Shown here piece by piece: positions 1 through 9,270 of a stretch of 64,000 bases of DNA. The position numbers and the translations under genes were made by a program. The stretch is taken from NCBI GenBank assembly GCA_022844165.1, contig JALHMH010000016.1, positions 37,672 to 101,671 of the forward strand, written 5' to 3'. This stretch comes from Lysobacterales bacterium. Its GTDB lineage: Bacteria; Pseudomonadota; Gammaproteobacteria; Xanthomonadales; SZUA-5. The notes beneath the pieces were generated by a model. That model saw only the letters and a program-made list of their open reading frames with translations, did not search any database and had not been told where the DNA came from. Position 1 is the first letter of the stretch; every line of letters begins with the position of its first letter.

Positions 1-155
1 ATATAGAGGTTCCGACCGGTTTGATCGCAGACTGCATCGCATGATGCGCGCAATCAGAATCGCAGCGTGAACAACCGACCCGGCACTTTGCCGGACGTGA
101 TTTCGCAGGCACTACGGCATGGGGATCGGGCAGCAGGTTTGGTCGATCTTCCGAT

Positions 156-836
156 TTATGGCGCAGCGGCATCGGCGTCTGCGTTCGATCTGCGCGCTGC
201 CACACGGGACGCCGATGCAGATGAGACGACGCGGCGGAAGGTCAGGTTGATGCGCTCGCCGGCGTTGCGCACTTTGTCGATGGCGTGCAGGTAGTTTTGC
301 TGTGTGGCGCCTTGCATCAACAGCAGACTACCGTGCTTGAGGTCTACGAAGGCGCGTGCTGAGCCGTCCCGGGCCTTCATTTTGAAACGCCGCGTGGTGC
401 CCAGACTAATCGATGCAATCACCGGACGGGGTCCGAGCTCTGGTTCATCGTCGCTGTGCCAACCCATACTGTCGCGACCGTCACGGTAGTAGTTCACCAG
501 CACGCTGTTGAATGCAGCACCGATCTCGGCGTTGAGACGGTTGCGCAGATCCGATAGCAGCGGCGTCCAAGGCATCGGCGTGTAGCGCACGCGGGAGTAG
601 CAGTACACTGCCTCGGGATCGCCGATCCAGGCCGACAGTCGCGGCGCTTTCAGCTCCCGGCCGAACATTCTGACGACGTGCTGCTCAAACGGCACTTCAC
701 GGCGCAGCCTGGCCAGTGCGGTGTCGGCTTCGTTGCGACTGAGCCAGTTAGCCCAGTAAGAGATCTGAGCGTTGGCGAGCGCAATGTCGGACTTCGACCC
801 GGCATCTGTCGATCTGATGTCGCGAGGGAAAGACAT
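156..836 (-). CDS. AlkB-family 2OG-Fe(II) dioxygenase (ALKBH2/3-like alkylation repair)
   Basis: FNSVLVNYYRDGRDSMGWHSDD (HxD), IASISLG, H in YLHAI, RINLTFR; start uncertain (836 or 881). Confidence 0.9.
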   Translation of the reverse strand: MSFPRDIRSTDAGSKSDIALANAQISYWANWLSRNEADTALARLRREVPFEQHVVRMFGRELKAPRLSAWIGDPEAVYCYSRVRYTPMPWTPLLSDLRNRLNAEIGAAFNSVLVNYYRDGRDSMGWHSDDEPELGPRPVIASISLGTTRRFKMKARDGSARAFVDLKHGSLLLMQGATQQNYLHAIDKVRNAGERINLTFRRVVSSASASRVAARRSNADADAAAP

Positions 837-895
837 GATGACGTCAGAACGTGGCGCAAATCTTCGATTGGATCGAAACAACGGATGGATAGCGG

Positions 896-2506
896 TCAGC
901 GATAACCGGAACTGATTGGGAAACGCCGATCACGCCCAAAGCTGCGGGCTGTGACTCGCGGGCCAGGAGCGGATTGGCGACGTTTATACTCGTTCTTCAG
1001 GACCAGAGCAGCGACGCGCTCGACGGTGGCGCGGTCGTGCCCGGCCGCGACGATTGCCGAGCGCGGTTCGTCATGTTCGATGAAGCGACGCAGGATGTCA
1101 TCGAGGATCGCGTAGGGCGGCAGCGAATCCTGATCGGTCTGATTCTCACGTAGTTCGGCCGATGGCGGGCGGGCGATGACGGCCTCCGGAATGACCAGCG
1201 ACCGCTGGTTGCGGTAACGCGCCAGTGCATAAACCTCGGTTTTGTAGACATCCTTGATCGGTGCGAAGCCGCCGCACATGTCGCCGTAGATCGTTGCATA
1301 ACCAACCGCCATCTCACTCTTGTTGCCGGTCGTCAGCAGGAGACGGCCAAACTTGTTCGATAGCGCCATCAACAAGACGCCACGACAGCGCGATTGCAGG
1401 TTCTCCTCGGTGATGTCGCCTGGATGACCGGAGAATGTCGGCGCAAGGGTATCGAGAAATGCCTGGAACGGCGCTTCGATCGGCAACACAATAGTCTCGA
1501 CTCCCTGCGTCGCCGCCTGCGCTGCCGCTTCGCGATTGCTCAGTTCGGCCGTGTAACGCGATGGCATCAGCACGCCGAGTACGTTGTGTGGCCCCAGTGC
1601 GTCGACCGCAATCGCCAACGTCAGTGCCGAATCGATGCCCCCTGAGAGACCCAGGAGCACGCGTTCGAAACGATTCTTACGGACGTAGTCGCCCGTGGCG
1701 CGCACCAACGCAGCGTAGACTTCAGCCTCTCCCTGTGGCCTTTGCTCCGCTGGCCAGTCCAGCGCACGCACCACGATCCCATCGGGTGTGCGAAGGAGAT
1801 CGACCAGCAGCAGATGCTCCTCGAAGGCGGGCGCACGGGCGATGATCTGACCTAGTTTCGAAACCAACAGACTGGCACCATCGAACACCAGATCGTCCTG
1901 GCCGCCGATCAGATTGACATAGATCAGCGGCAAACCCGTTTCGCGCGCGCGAAGCTGCAATACACGCTCTCGCTCAAGTGATTTGCCCTGGTGATAGGGC
2001 GATGCGTTGAGCACCAGCAGGACTTCTGCCCCTTGGCGTTTCGCGTCGGCCGCAGGCTCCTCGAACCACGCGTCTTCGCAGATCAATACGCCGAAACGCA
2101 GGCCGCCACGATCGACAACGGCGCTGCCGCGGCTCTCCGCAAAATAGCGCTTCTCATCGAACACGGTGTAGTTCGGCAAACGCTGCTTACGCACGCGCTC
2201 AGTGTGGCCGCGACTGAGCCAGGTGGCGGCGTTGAAAAGCAGCTGATCGCGCTCGGGGTGGCCCACCAGAACATCGCACGCGATATCGCCAGCGAGCGCA
2301 ACAAGCGCCTCATTCAAACGCGCCAGAAAACCAGGCCGAAACAACAGGTCTTCGGGCGGATAGCCCGATAGTGCCAGTTCGGGCGTGACCAGCAGCGCGC
2401 AGCCTTGCTGTGCGGCGCGGCGCGATAACTGCGTCATCCGATCACGGTTGCCTGGCACATCTCCCACCGGAAAATCATGTTGCGCGAGGGCTAAGCGAAA
2501 GCTCAT
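896..2506 (-). CDS. nadE: Glutamine-dependent NAD+ synthetase
   Basis: N-terminal nitrilase domain (PEL, K, ICED) plus SGGIDS PP-loop, ENLQSR, TGNKSE, PSAEL, EYKRRQ. Confidence 0.96.
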   Translation of the reverse strand: MSFRLALAQHDFPVGDVPGNRDRMTQLSRRAAQQGCALLVTPELALSGYPPEDLLFRPGFLARLNEALVALAGDIACDVLVGHPERDQLLFNAATWLSRGHTERVRKQRLPNYTVFDEKRYFAESRGSAVVDRGGLRFGVLICEDAWFEEPAADAKRQGAEVLLVLNASPYHQGKSLERERVLQLRARETGLPLIYVNLIGGQDDLVFDGASLLVSKLGQIIARAPAFEEHLLLVDLLRTPDGIVVRALDWPAEQRPQGEAEVYAALVRATGDYVRKNRFERVLLGLSGGIDSALTLAIAVDALGPHNVLGVLMPSRYTAELSNREAAAQAATQGVETIVLPIEAPFQAFLDTLAPTFSGHPGDITEENLQSRCRGVLLMALSNKFGRLLLTTGNKSEMAVGYATIYGDMCGGFAPIKDVYKTEVYALARYRNQRSLVIPEAVIARPPSAELRENQTDQDSLPPYAILDDILRRFIEHDEPRSAIVAAGHDRATVERVAALVLKNEYKRRQSAPGPRVTARSFGRDRRFPISSGYR

Positions 2507-2648
2507 GTTTCTAGGCACCCATTGAGTGGTTGATACGCCGGCGCGTCCGGTTCGTTCTGCGGGCGAGGCTTCGCTTCAGTTTCGACGAAGCAGAAGTCCC
2601 GCACCGGTTGCGTCTGGCGTCATGGTAGCGCTGCGGCCCGCATTTTTC

Positions 2649-2900
2649 CTAGACCAGCGAACCTCTGACGTAGCCGGATCGTGTCGTTTGAGTCAAATTT
2701 TCGACGAAGCCGCTTTGGCTCTTGAAGCACCCTTGAGTCAAGTGGGGTGAGGATCGGCGCTTACACGCCGCAAGGCGTGTGCCGAGCCGAACGACCGGCG
2801 GCTGTGCCGCCGGGCCGGAAATGCCAAGCGCGGGGTTGTGGCTAAAGCGCTGTCGGGCGAAGCCCACAATGTTCAGTGCGCTCAGGCGAAGCCTCGCCAG
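2649..2900 (-). repeat. ~240-250 bp intergenic structured repeat, copy 1
   Basis: Reverse complement aligns along its length with 13313-13554 and 15744-15989 (shared blocks CGAGGCTTCGCC, GCCACAACCCCGCGCT, AAAATTTGACTCA). Confidence 0.9.
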
Positions 2901-2905
2901 GTGTC

Positions 2906-3259
2906 TCATTCGGGCAGGAACATGAACCATGCCGCCAGCGCAATCAAAGCGAAAGCGACGTAGTGATTCCAGCGTATCGATTCGCCGAGATAGGCCCAAC
3001 TAAAGACACAGAATACGGTCAGCGTGATGATCTCTTGAATCGTCTTGAGTTGCGCCGCGCTGTAAAAGCCGTGTCCCATGCGATTCGCCGGAACCTGCAA
3101 GATGTACTCGGGCAATGCGATCAGCCAACTCACGCCAATCGCTAACCACAGAGCGCTTTGTTTATGGCGCAAGTGTCCGTACCACGCAAAAGTCATGAAG
3201 ACGTTTGACCCGATCAGCAACAGGATCGGCATCCAGGCTTGAACCGGTACGTTCAGCAC
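2906..3259 (-). CDS. DMT-superfamily small membrane protein (DUF486-like)
   Basis: SNVFMTFAWYGHL, EYILQVPANRMG, QLKTIQE; GGAGG RBS before GTG at 3259. Confidence 0.88.
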   Translation of the reverse strand: MLNVPVQAWMPILLLIGSNVFMTFAWYGHLRHKQSALWLAIGVSWLIALPEYILQVPANRMGHGFYSAAQLKTIQEIITLTVFCVFSWAYLGESIRWNHYVAFALIALAAWFMFLPE

Positions 3260-3296
3260 GCGCACCTCCGTGAGTCGTCGGCGGCAAGTATCGATC

Positions 3297-5399
3297 TCAT
3301 GGCGCCTCGATCGCACCAAGCAGGGCAAGCTCCTGTGCAGAGACGGCCTTGCTCATCCAGTAACCCTGGGCCATCTGGCACCCGAGCGAGCGCAGCAGCG
3401 TGTACTGCGCGGCGCTCTCGATACCCTCGCCCACAACTTCCATGCCCAACGACGTTGCCATGGCGATAATCGCGCTCGCGAGGGCACGGTCCTCCGGGTC
3501 GTTCAAGATGTCGGCGATAAAGCTGCGGTCGATCTTGACGCCATCGACGCGTGCGCGGCGCACGTGCGACAAGCCGGAGAATCCAGTACCAAAATCGTCC
3601 AGCCAGATTCGCGCTCCGGCCTTGCGCAGTTCGGTGAGTACCGCAAATGCCTGCGCCTCGTCGTGCATCAGACTCGACTCCGTCAATTCCAGATGCAACA
3701 AGCGCGGCTCAAGCCCAGATTCGGCAAGGGCGTCCGCAACGCGCTTTTCCAGGCCGGGGCGCTGAATCTGGCGGCCAGATACGTTGACAGCAACATACCT
3801 GCCCGGCGCGTGCATCTGCCATGCCGCTGCGGCGCGGCACGCGCTTCGCAGCGCAAAGTCGCCGAGCGCATCAATCAAGCCAGTGGCTTCGGCGACCGGG
3901 ACGAACATGGATGGTGGAATCGTACCGCGCTGCGGGTGATGCCAGCGCAGCAGTGCCTCGGCGCCGACCAGCGCGCCAGACTGCATGGCATAGATGGGCT
4001 GGTAGGAAACCGTCAATCGCTCGTTATCGAGCGCTGCCCGCAGTTCGTGTTCGAGCATCAAGCGCTCTTCGGCCAGCAGCGTCAAATGACCGGCAAAAAA
4101 ACGGTAGCAGTTCTTTCCCTGCTGCTTGGCTTGATACATCGCCAGATCGCCATGCTTGAGCAGCAGTTTCGGACTATGCGCATCGTCTGGGAAGACTGTG
4201 ATGCCGATACTGGCACTGACGAGTAAGGACTTGTCGACGACATCGAAAGGTTCTCGCAATTGCTGCAACACAGCTTTTGCCGCGGATTCGGCGCGCGGCG
4301 CGGCTTCGGGGCCTTCGATCAGTGCGACGAACTCATCGCCGCCCAGTCGCGCGAAGGTGATGGGCGATCCGCCACTATCCAACCCCAGTGCGCGGTGGCA
4401 ACGTGCGGCGAATTCGGTCAGCACTTGATCGCCGGCGTCGTGCCCCAGCGTATCGTTGATGCGCTTGAAGTCGTCCAGATCGATGAACAATAGCGCCAGT
4501 CCACGATCGCCGACGCTGGCAACGGCCTGCTCCAACCGCTCACGGAAGCTGAGGCGATTAGGCAGGGAAGTCAGTGCATCCCGATACGCAAGTTTGTGGA
4601 TGTCGGCATGGTGTTTTCGCACGCCTTCGCTCATGCGGCCAAAAGCGCGCATCAGATCGCCGAGTTCATCGCTGCGCCTGCTCGCGGCTGCGGCGCCATA
4701 CTGGCCCTGTTCGATTTCTTCGGCGCGCAACGACAGCTCGCGAATCGGTCGCACCAACCCGCGCGCGATCCACCAACCCACAAGACCGATATTCGCGAGC
4801 AACGCCAGAAGGCCCAGCAGCAACACCCGCACTGGCGTTGCGAAGTTCTCGCGGAGCGCTACGTGCGCCTGTTCGGTGTCGATCGCCACCGCAGCGTCCA
4901 TTCGGTCGGTGGACATACCTACCCGGACGCCGCCAAGGCGCAGTTCGCCAATCAGCATCGGCGCACTGGCGTCGAGCACTCCATCGCCCCATTGCACGCG
5001 GAGTTCTTCGCTTGCGATGAGTCCCGGTGCCAGGGCGTCGTCCATTCGCTGGCCGAACTTCATGATGTCGCGCGAGCCATCGTGGATCACGCGGCCGCGT
5101 TGGTCGTACACCAGTACATACTGGACGTCTGGTTGCGCCAATGCCGAGCGCAAGACCTCGCGCATGGTCAGCAAGTCGAAGTAATACAGAGGATTGGTGA
5201 GTGCATCGCGCAAGAAAGCGGCAAGTTGCCGCGCGCGGTCATCCAGGGCTGCGCGTGCGGTATCGCGTAAGCTTCGTTCGTTCTTGGTCAGTACGTCGTC
5301 GACGGCATTGCGAGCCGTCAGCCACGTACCGACCAGTACTGCCGACCAGACCAGGCCTGTCAAGAGCAGCCCGACGAAAAACTTGCCACGCAAACCCAT
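3297..5399 (-). CDS. Membrane HAMP-GGDEF-EAL c-di-GMP signalling protein
   Basis: Two TM helices around a periplasmic domain, HAMP (RSDELGDL), RLGGDEF, EALLRW, LDDFGTG. Confidence 0.93.
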   Translation of the reverse strand: MGLRGKFFVGLLLTGLVWSAVLVGTWLTARNAVDDVLTKNERSLRDTARAALDDRARQLAAFLRDALTNPLYYFDLLTMREVLRSALAQPDVQYVLVYDQRGRVIHDGSRDIMKFGQRMDDALAPGLIASEELRVQWGDGVLDASAPMLIGELRLGGVRVGMSTDRMDAAVAIDTEQAHVALRENFATPVRVLLLGLLALLANIGLVGWWIARGLVRPIRELSLRAEEIEQGQYGAAAASRRSDELGDLMRAFGRMSEGVRKHHADIHKLAYRDALTSLPNRLSFRERLEQAVASVGDRGLALLFIDLDDFKRINDTLGHDAGDQVLTEFAARCHRALGLDSGGSPITFARLGGDEFVALIEGPEAAPRAESAAKAVLQQLREPFDVVDKSLLVSASIGITVFPDDAHSPKLLLKHGDLAMYQAKQQGKNCYRFFAGHLTLLAEERLMLEHELRAALDNERLTVSYQPIYAMQSGALVGAEALLRWHHPQRGTIPPSMFVPVAEATGLIDALGDFALRSACRAAAAWQMHAPGRYVAVNVSGRQIQRPGLEKRVADALAESGLEPRLLHLELTESSLMHDEAQAFAVLTELRKAGARIWLDDFGTGFSGLSHVRRARVDGVKIDRSFIADILNDPEDRALASAIIAMATSLGMEVVGEGIESAAQYTLLRSLGCQMAQGYWMSKAVSAQELALLGAIEAP

Positions 5400-5410
5400 C
5401 GCCGTCGCCG

Positions 5411-6322
5411 CTATTCGATTTGTGCGCGGACGCGCCGCACACCGACGCGTAGCGCATCCAGTCGCACAATCGTCTGCGCATCGATAGCATCGAAACGCTC
5501 AGTCCGCTGGTAGGCGCGGAGCGCATCGCCCGCTTGCGGATCGCCGTGCGCCTTCAAAAGCAGCTCGCGTAGCCGCTGCTTGATCGGCGCAGGCAATCCC
5601 GGACGGACGATCTCCAACGCGCGCGGGTACTCATCGGATACGTGAAATGTCACCAACTGCTCGAGCGCCATAGGATTGATGGCGACCAGATCTGCCCAAT
5701 CCTGGCTGCTGATGGCTGCGGCATCCACCAACTTTTTTTGTACCCAGGTGACCAGATTGCTTTCCGACCGGGCAAAGGTGTATCCGACAAAATCCGCTGG
5801 CGGGCGCTCCAATGGCGAGCCCTGAATCGCCAGATTCAAGTTCGCATCAAGCAAGATCGCTGCAGGCAATAAGTAGGCACTGGTGGACATCGGATGCTGG
5901 AACCCGATCGCCCGGCCGGGCAAGTCGTCGAGCGAGTCGATGCCGCTGTCCCGATGTGCGAAAAACAGGGTGCGATAGTCATAAAATCCGCCGCGACGGG
6001 CGCGCACCAGGAACTCAGCACCCGTGCGGTCTTGCAAGCCGATCGCTGCGCCAGCAGTTTCGCTCAACCAATCCACCTTTCCCTGACGCAGATAACTCAC
6101 CATCTGCTGCGCGTCTCGCGCCATCAAGATGCGGCCCTGTTTCACGCCCAGATCGCCCATCCGTGCCACAACGTAGTTCAGCAACGGCTGCATGCGCTCG
6201 TAATGAGTCTTTGGGTCATCGCTGATGCGCCCAATGACCAGCGTCTCATGCGCGCCAGACGATGTTGCCAGCAGCAGCGCGAGCCAAACGAACAACGACC
6301 GCAGGCGCATATCCGAGTCCAT
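5411..6322 (-). CDS. PhnD/PtxB-like (phosphate/phosphonate-type) periplasmic binding protein
   Basis: Signal peptide; DSGIDSLDDLPG, STSAYLLP, VDAAA motifs; no ABC permease nearby. Confidence 0.8.
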   Translation of the reverse strand: MDSDMRLRSLFVWLALLLATSSGAHETLVIGRISDDPKTHYERMQPLLNYVVARMGDLGVKQGRILMARDAQQMVSYLRQGKVDWLSETAGAAIGLQDRTGAEFLVRARRGGFYDYRTLFFAHRDSGIDSLDDLPGRAIGFQHPMSTSAYLLPAAILLDANLNLAIQGSPLERPPADFVGYTFARSESNLVTWVQKKLVDAAAISSQDWADLVAINPMALEQLVTFHVSDEYPRALEIVRPGLPAPIKQRLRELLLKAHGDPQAGDALRAYQRTERFDAIDAQTIVRLDALRVGVRRVRAQIE

Positions 6323-6461
6323 GAAAGTGAACGCAGAGTATAGGCAGATGCGTATGGCTTACTGGGATCGAATGTCGTGAACAGCTGTGCCGTATGCTCC
6401 GCGCCGCGCTGGGGCGATACAGGCCCCGCGAACGGCACACAGCGAGTTGGAGGGAGTACGA

Positions 6462-8336
6462 ATGACCTGGTCAATCGACGCAGCACGCCAAACCTACAGC
6501 GTTCCATTCTGGTCGGATGGTTACGTGGACATCGATGCAGCCGGCGACGTGCTGATTCGCCCCGAAGGCGAGCAGGCTCCTGGCATCTCGTTGCCCAAGG
6601 TGATCGCCGCGGCGCGGGCGAACGGCTTACGCGTGCCGCTGCTGGTGCGCTTCCCGCAAATGCTGAGTCACCGCGTGCGGCGTTTGCAGAGTGCGTTCGA
6701 CAAAGCGATGCACGATCGCAGCTACGGCGGCGGCTACACCAGCGTGTTTCCGATCAAAGTGAATCAACAGCGCGCCGTGGTGAGCGAATTCGTTGGCAAT
6801 TCCGGATCCGGCTTTGGCCTTGAAGCTGGCAGCAAACCCGAGCTGATGACGGTGCTGGCGATGAGTCGTGGCGGTGTCGTGATTTGCAATGGTTACAAGG
6901 ACCGCGAGTACATTCGACTGGCGCTGATCGGCCGCAAGCTCGGTCTTGAGATCTACATCGTGATCGAAAAGGCCGGCGAGCTGCCGCTGGTCATCGAGGA
7001 GGCCGCGAAACTTGGCGTGGAACCGTTGCTTGGTGTGCGCATGCGCTTGAAGTCGATCGGCGCCGGCAAATGGCAAAACACGGGTGGCGATAAGGCCAAG
7101 TTTGGTTTGATGCCCGGGCAACTGCTGGAGCTGTCGTCTTCACTCAAGGCGGCGGGATTGACCGACGCGCTGAAATTGCTGCATTTCCATATGGGCTCGC
7201 AGATCTCCAATGTCCGGGATATTGCCGGCGGCATGCGCGAAGCAACGCGCTACTTCGTGGAAATCAGCAAGCTCGGACACACGATCAGTCACGTCGATGT
7301 CGGCGGCGGTCTGGGCGTCGACTACGAGGGAACGCGATCGCGCAGTTTTTGCTCGATGAATTACGGGCTCGATCAGTATGCGCAGGCGATCGTTACGCCA
7401 CTGGCCGAAGCTTGCGCCGAATTTGGATTGCCGCATCCACGCGTTGTCACCGAATCGGGTCGGGCGATGACCGCGCACCACGCCGTGCTGGTCACCGATG
7501 TCACGGCGGTGGAGCGCATGCCCGTTGGCAATCCGCTGGCTGGGCAGGCGGGTGGGTCGGCGGCCTTGCGGCATTTGCGTGAGCTGCATGGCGAGCTGGA
7601 TCGGCGCCCGCTGCTGGAGTTGTATCAGGAGGCGCAGCACTACGCGCACGAAGGTCAAACGCTGTTCGCGCATGGCGCGATCGATCTTGCCGAGCGCGCT
7701 GCGCTTGATGATGTGTACTACGCGATCGTCCACGCGGTACTCACACGATTGAAGTCCGATCCGCGGGCGAATGGCGAAACGATCGACGAACTGACCGAAG
7801 CGCTCGCCGACAAGTTCTTCGTCAATGCTTCGGTGTTTCAGTCCATGCCCGATGTCTGGGCGCTCGATCAAGTGTTTCCGATTCTGCCGCTGGCCGGGCT
7901 CGACCGGCGGCCGGAACGCCGCGCGCTCCTGGAAGACCTCACTTGTGACTCCGATGGACGTATCGATCACTACGTCGATTCAGAAGCGCTGAAAGGCACG
8001 ATGCCGGTGCACGCGCCCGTCGACGGCACGCCGTATTACCTGGGCGTGTTCATGGTCGGCGCATACCAGGAAACTCTGGGCGACATCCACAACCTGTTCG
8101 GCGACACCGACAGCATCAGTGTACGGGTCAACGCGGACGGGTTTACCTTGGAAGACGCACGCGAGGGCGACACCACCGATGAGCTGTTGAAGTACGTTGG
8201 CTACGACATCGACCAGTTGCGCATGGCCTATCGCGCCAAGGTCGGCGCGCTGAAGCTCGAGCCCGGGGAATCCAAGCGCCTGAGCGAAGCGCTCGAGGCC
8301 GGACTTACCGGGTACACATACTTGCATGACGAATAG
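6462..8336 (+). CDS. speA: Biosynthetic arginine decarboxylase
   Basis: FPIKVNQ (PLP Lys), EAGSKPEL, HFHMGSQ, DVGGGLG, TCDSDG, GAYQE; GGAG RBS before ATG 6462. Confidence 0.96.
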   Translation: MTWSIDAARQTYSVPFWSDGYVDIDAAGDVLIRPEGEQAPGISLPKVIAAARANGLRVPLLVRFPQMLSHRVRRLQSAFDKAMHDRSYGGGYTSVFPIKVNQQRAVVSEFVGNSGSGFGLEAGSKPELMTVLAMSRGGVVICNGYKDREYIRLALIGRKLGLEIYIVIEKAGELPLVIEEAAKLGVEPLLGVRMRLKSIGAGKWQNTGGDKAKFGLMPGQLLELSSSLKAAGLTDALKLLHFHMGSQISNVRDIAGGMREATRYFVEISKLGHTISHVDVGGGLGVDYEGTRSRSFCSMNYGLDQYAQAIVTPLAEACAEFGLPHPRVVTESGRAMTAHHAVLVTDVTAVERMPVGNPLAGQAGGSAALRHLRELHGELDRRPLLELYQEAQHYAHEGQTLFAHGAIDLAERAALDDVYYAIVHAVLTRLKSDPRANGETIDELTEALADKFFVNASVFQSMPDVWALDQVFPILPLAGLDRRPERRALLEDLTCDSDGRIDHYVDSEALKGTMPVHAPVDGTPYYLGVFMVGAYQETLGDIHNLFGDTDSISVRVNADGFTLEDAREGDTTDELLKYVGYDIDQLRMAYRAKVGALKLEPGESKRLSEALEAGLTGYTYLHDE

Positions 8337-8574
8337 CGACGACGCTCCTGCGCAAAGAGCGAGCGAGGGTTTGCGGGCTGCCGCGTTGAGTGCAAGGCGC
8401 CGCAGAGCACCTGCGACTGGATGCGCTGGCGGGAGGAGCGAAGCAGGAACTGCCGCTGCGTTAGCGAAGACATCTCGATCATGCTCGGGGATTTCCGCCA
8501 TGCGTCTCCTCGCGACACTAAGCGACATCCGGGCCAGGCCAACGGCCGTCGGCCGCGCTGGCATCTATCGAAAA

Positions 8575-8636
8575 GTCAAGTGTACTTATCACTACGTCAA
8601 GGGTACTTGACAACGTCAAGTGTCCTTGACTAGCCT
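8575..8636 (+). promoter_or_regulatory. Triple GTCAAG-N4-CTTGAC palindromic operator overlapping a sigma70-like promoter
   Basis: GTCAAGtgtaCTTATC 8575-8590, GTCAAGggtaCTTGAC 8596-8611, GTCAAGtgtcCTTGAC 8615-8630; TTGACA 8607-8612 and TAGCCT 8631-8636. Confidence 0.75.
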
Positions 8637-8659
8637 TCTCAGCACCGAGGAGGCGAGCC

Positions 8660-9067
8660 ATGTTTGAAATTCGACCCGATCCTTTATTCAGAGCAGCAAT
8701 GCGTCGCTATGTGATTCGCTTCAATCTGGCCATGGCCGCGTACGCGCTCCTGATCGTCATGTGTCTGCCTTGGGTCAAGCGCGTCGACTGGGTTCTGGGC
8801 AAGATCGCGTTGGCGCTGCTGCCGCTGCTGCCGGTGGCCTACGCGGTTCGCGAGCTCGTTCGTGTGATCGGTGTGTTCGACGAGCTGCAACGCCGAATCC
8901 AGTTCGAAGCGATCGCCGTGTCCTCACTGATCACGTGTTTCGGCACTCTGGCGTGGGGGCTGCTCGAAAAGGCTGGCTTGCCAGTGTTGCCGGTGGTGCT
9001 GGTGACACCGCTGTTCTGCGGCATCTACGGGATCGCATTGGTCGTGATTTCCCGGCGTTACCGCTGA
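8660..9067 (+). CDS. Small 4-TM membrane protein (XRE-associated)
   Basis: Four hydrophobic segments with DELQRRI loop; GAGGAGG RBS; stop overlaps next ATG. Confidence 0.8.
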   Translation: MFEIRPDPLFRAAMRRYVIRFNLAMAAYALLIVMCLPWVKRVDWVLGKIALALLPLLPVAYAVRELVRVIGVFDELQRRIQFEAIAVSSLITCFGTLAWGLLEKAGLPVLPVVLVTPLFCGIYGIALVVISRRYR

Positions 9068-9270
9068 TGCATAACCGCCTCAAAGTGCTGCGTGCCGAAC
9101 GCAACTGGAGTCAGGCGTATCTGGCCGAAGCGCTGGGCGTATCGCGACAAACCGTCAACGCTATCGAGACCGGCAAGTACGATCCGAGCCTGCCGCTGGC
9201 TTTCAGAATTGCGCACCTGTTCGGTGCTTCGATTGAACAGATTTTTACTCCTGAGGAGACGTTGTCGTGA
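9067..9270 (+). CDS. XRE-family HTH transcriptional regulator
   Basis: MHNRLKVLRAERNWSQAYLAEALGVSRQTVNAIETGKYDPSLPLAF. Confidence 0.93.
   Translation: MHNRLKVLRAERNWSQAYLAEALGVSRQTVNAIETGKYDPSLPLAFRIAHLFGASIEQIFTPEETLS

Noticed and set aside
8337-8530. GC-rich intergenic stretch after speA with TAGCGAC/TAAGCGAC near its ends; possible degenerate mobile element or RNA
   Set aside because: No second copy in the window and the inverted ends are too weak to support a call.
8607-8640. Same TTGACN-N18-TAGCCTTCTC layout at the XRE operon and metY promoters
   Set aside because: Explained by ordinary sigma70 consensus plus chance; the two operators are unrelated.
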